Assembly: GCA_016235455.1 (NCBI GenBank)
Contig: JACRKZ010000052.1
Coordinates: 1-25,172, forward strand
From: Armatimonadota bacterium
GTDB lineage: Bacteria; Armatimonadota; UBA10988
DNA length: 25,172 bases
Direction of reading: 5' to 3'
Shown: piece after piece, positions 23,310 through 25,172 of the stretch
How the letters are laid out: each line of letters begins with the position of its first letter
Position numbering within the stretch: position 1 is the stretch's first letter
Program-made: the position numbers and the translations under genes
Notes under the pieces: generated by a model
The model's database searches: none
Told to the model about the DNA's origin: nothing
The model's input: the letters and a program-made list of their open reading frames with translations, nothing else

Positions 23310-25172
23310 TCAGACGCGATAGGCCTTGTCAATGTGCTCGGCCAGGTGCGACGCGGCGAGCAGGGTCTGCAGTTTGCGGGTGACGACCAGCGCGGTGAAC
23401 AGGTGGCAGAAGATGCCCAGCGCCAGGGTCACCGCGAAGCCACGAATGGACCCGGTACCCAGCGCGTAGAGCACGATGGCCATCATCATCGCCGTCACGT
23501 TGCCGTCCAGAATGGCCGGCCAACTGCGGTCGTAGGCGTGCCTGAGGTTGGCCGCCAACGGGCGCGAGTGGTACTCGCGCACCTCCTCCTTGAGCCGCTC
23601 GAAGACGATGACGTTGGCGTCCACGGCCATACCGACGCTCAGCAGCAAGCCAAGGATGCCAGGCATGGTCAGCGTGGCGCCCACCAACTGCAGGGCGGCG
23701 AGGGTGTAGATGCAGTAGAACGCCAGGGCCACGTTGGCCAGCCAGCCCGACACGCGGAACAGCACGGCCATGATGATCACGATGAGCAGCGTGCCCAGCA
23801 GTCCGGCGCGACCGGCCTGGTTGATGGAGTCGGCGCCGAGCGTGGCACTGACCGTGCGCTGCTCGACCACGTCCACCGGCACCGGCAGCGAGCCGGCGTT
23901 GAGCAGGATCTTCAGGGCGTTGGCCTCTTCCAGGGTCTGGAAGCCACCGCTGATCTGCACCTGACCGTTGAACTGCGTCGCGTTCATCTGCGGCGCCGAG
24001 ATGACCTCTCCGTCCAGGTAGACGGCCAGGAACTTCTTGTAGTTGTCGCGGGCGAACTTGTCGAAGCGCTTGGCGCCTTCGCTGGTCAGGGTCAGGTTGA
24101 CCGCCGGCTCGGTGCCCTTGGTGAACGACACGTTGACGGCATTGGCCTTCAGGTGGGTACCCACCAGGATGTTCTTGTCGCCATCGAACTCAGGCGCCTC
24201 GTAGTAGGCGACTTCGGTCGGGACGGGCGAGCGGTCGGTCTTGGTGGCGAAGGTGGTCGTTTCCTTGCCGCCTTCGCTCTTGTCGACCTTGGGCTCGTAC
24301 TTCTCGGGCACCTTGCGGAACTCCAGCCGGGCGGTCGTGCCGAGCATCTGGACCGCCTCTTCGGGATCCTTGATGCCGGGCAGCTGCACCGCGACGCGGT
24401 CCGTGCCCTGCGTGACACACTGGGCCTCGGCCACACCGAGCTTGTCCACGCGGCGCTGAATGACGTCCTTGACCTGCTGGATGGCATTGGCCGGGATCTT
24501 CAGCTCGCGCGGCTCGCCCAGGGCGACCACCTTGGGAAAGACCTTGCGCAGCGCGTTTTCGAAGGCGGCCTTCTGGCTGCTGAGCAGCTCCTTCTTGTCG
24601 GCGCCACCGACGCTCGGCTTGATGAAGGTGCGCAGGACGACGACGTTGCTGCCGATCATCTCGGCGTGCACCTCGCCCCAGGCGGCCGGGAACTTGCTTT
24701 GCTCTTCGTCCATGAAGGTGCGCACGCGCTCGGCCACGCCGCGGCGCAGAGCGTCGTCGGACAGCAGCGCCGCGTCCTCGGCGTCCGGCGCCGGGGCCGG
24801 AGCGGACTTGGCGTCCTTGGCGTCGGCGGGAGCCGGGGCCGGTTCGGCGCCCTTGGGCGCCTGGGCCAGCCGCACGGGCTCACCACCGTCGCGAGCCGGC
24901 TTCCCGGGCTCGGTCTTGGGGGCATCGCTCTTCTTGGCGGCGTCAGGCGTGGCCGCCTTGGCGGGCTCGGTCTTGGCGGACTCTGCCGGCGTGCTCTTGG
25001 CTTCGGCCGGGGCAGCCTTGCCATCGACCGGCGCGGCCTTCGCCTCGGCGGCGGCGGCGGCGGCGGGCTTGGCGCCGGCGGCCAGGGCGGCCTTCAGGTC
25101 GGCGCCGGTGTCGGCCAGGCGGAATTCGTACTGGGTGTTTTGCGTGCGGGCCTTGAGGACGAGTTGGACGCC
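23310..25172 (-). CDS. secD: Protein translocase subunit SecD (5' end outside the window)
   Basis: The frame is open to the window edge, beginning GVQLVLKA (end of the GLDL.GG motif), so the listed start at 24875 is not the real one. Motifs RRVDKLGVAE, VQLPG, ISAP, ISGGF, LNAGSLPVP, LTMPGI.G..L.VGMAVDANV.VFERLKEE, IRGFA.TL. Confidence 0.95.
   Translation of the reverse strand, partial: GVQLVLKARTQNTQYEFRLADTGADLKAALAAGAKPAAAAAAEAKAAPVDGKAAPAEAKSTPAESAKTEPAKAATPDAAKKSDAPKTEPGKPARDGGEPVRLAQAPKGAEPAPAPADAKDAKSAPAPAPDAEDAALLSDDALRRGVAERVRTFMDEEQSKFPAAWGEVHAEMIGSNVVVLRTFIKPSVGGADKKELLSSQKAAFENALRKVFPKVVALGEPRELKIPANAIQQVKDVIQRRVDKLGVAEAQCVTQGTDRVAVQLPGIKDPEEAVQMLGTTARLEFRKVPEKYEPKVDKSEGGKETTTFATKTDRSPVPTEVAYYEAPEFDGDKNILVGTHLKANAVNVSFTKGTEPAVNLTLTSEGAKRFDKFARDNYKKFLAVYLDGEVISAPQMNATQFNGQVQISGGFQTLEEANALKILLNAGSLPVPVDVVEQRTVSATLGADSINQAGRAGLLGTLLIVIIMAVLFRVSGWLANVALAFYCIYTLAALQLVGATLTMPGILGLLLSVGMAVDANVIVFERLKEEVREYHSRPLAANLRHAYDRSWPAILDGNVTAMMMAIVLYALGTGSIRGFAVTLALGIFCHLFTALVVTRKLQTLLAASHLAEHIDKAYRV

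Overview
High-GC bacterial chromosomal window from a diderm, judged from an LptF/G-like C-terminus and kdsB. The secreted-protein style suggests Armatimonadota, but this is inference only. Housekeeping genes are a cyanobacterial-type ispG, tRNA-Pro(UGG), tRNA-Gly(UCC), tRNA-Val(GAC), a stand-alone rpsR, galK and secD-secF-kdsB. Three accessory modules are interleaved. (1) A ~1200-aa secreted multi-domain GH13-like enzyme coupled to a lipoprotein that is a paralog of the enzyme's own C-terminal domains. (2) A ~1370-aa secreted S8 protease with tandem beta-repeats, an Ig-like domain and a FlgD/T9SS-CTD-like tail, behind a long leader. (3) The best candidate system, 11909-20013: two convergent operons that together look like a split, variant MoxR-vWA 'ternary' conflict/chaperone system. 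The + operon encodes a divergent vWA protein and a partner. The - operon encodes a SAM methyltransferase, a MoxR AAA+ ATPase, a 2-TM helical protein and an M14 carboxypeptidase. A VOC-HMA fusion ORF starts 5 nt after tRNA-Gly. No CRISPR, integrase or transposase was seen. Family calls come from motif recognition, not database searches.
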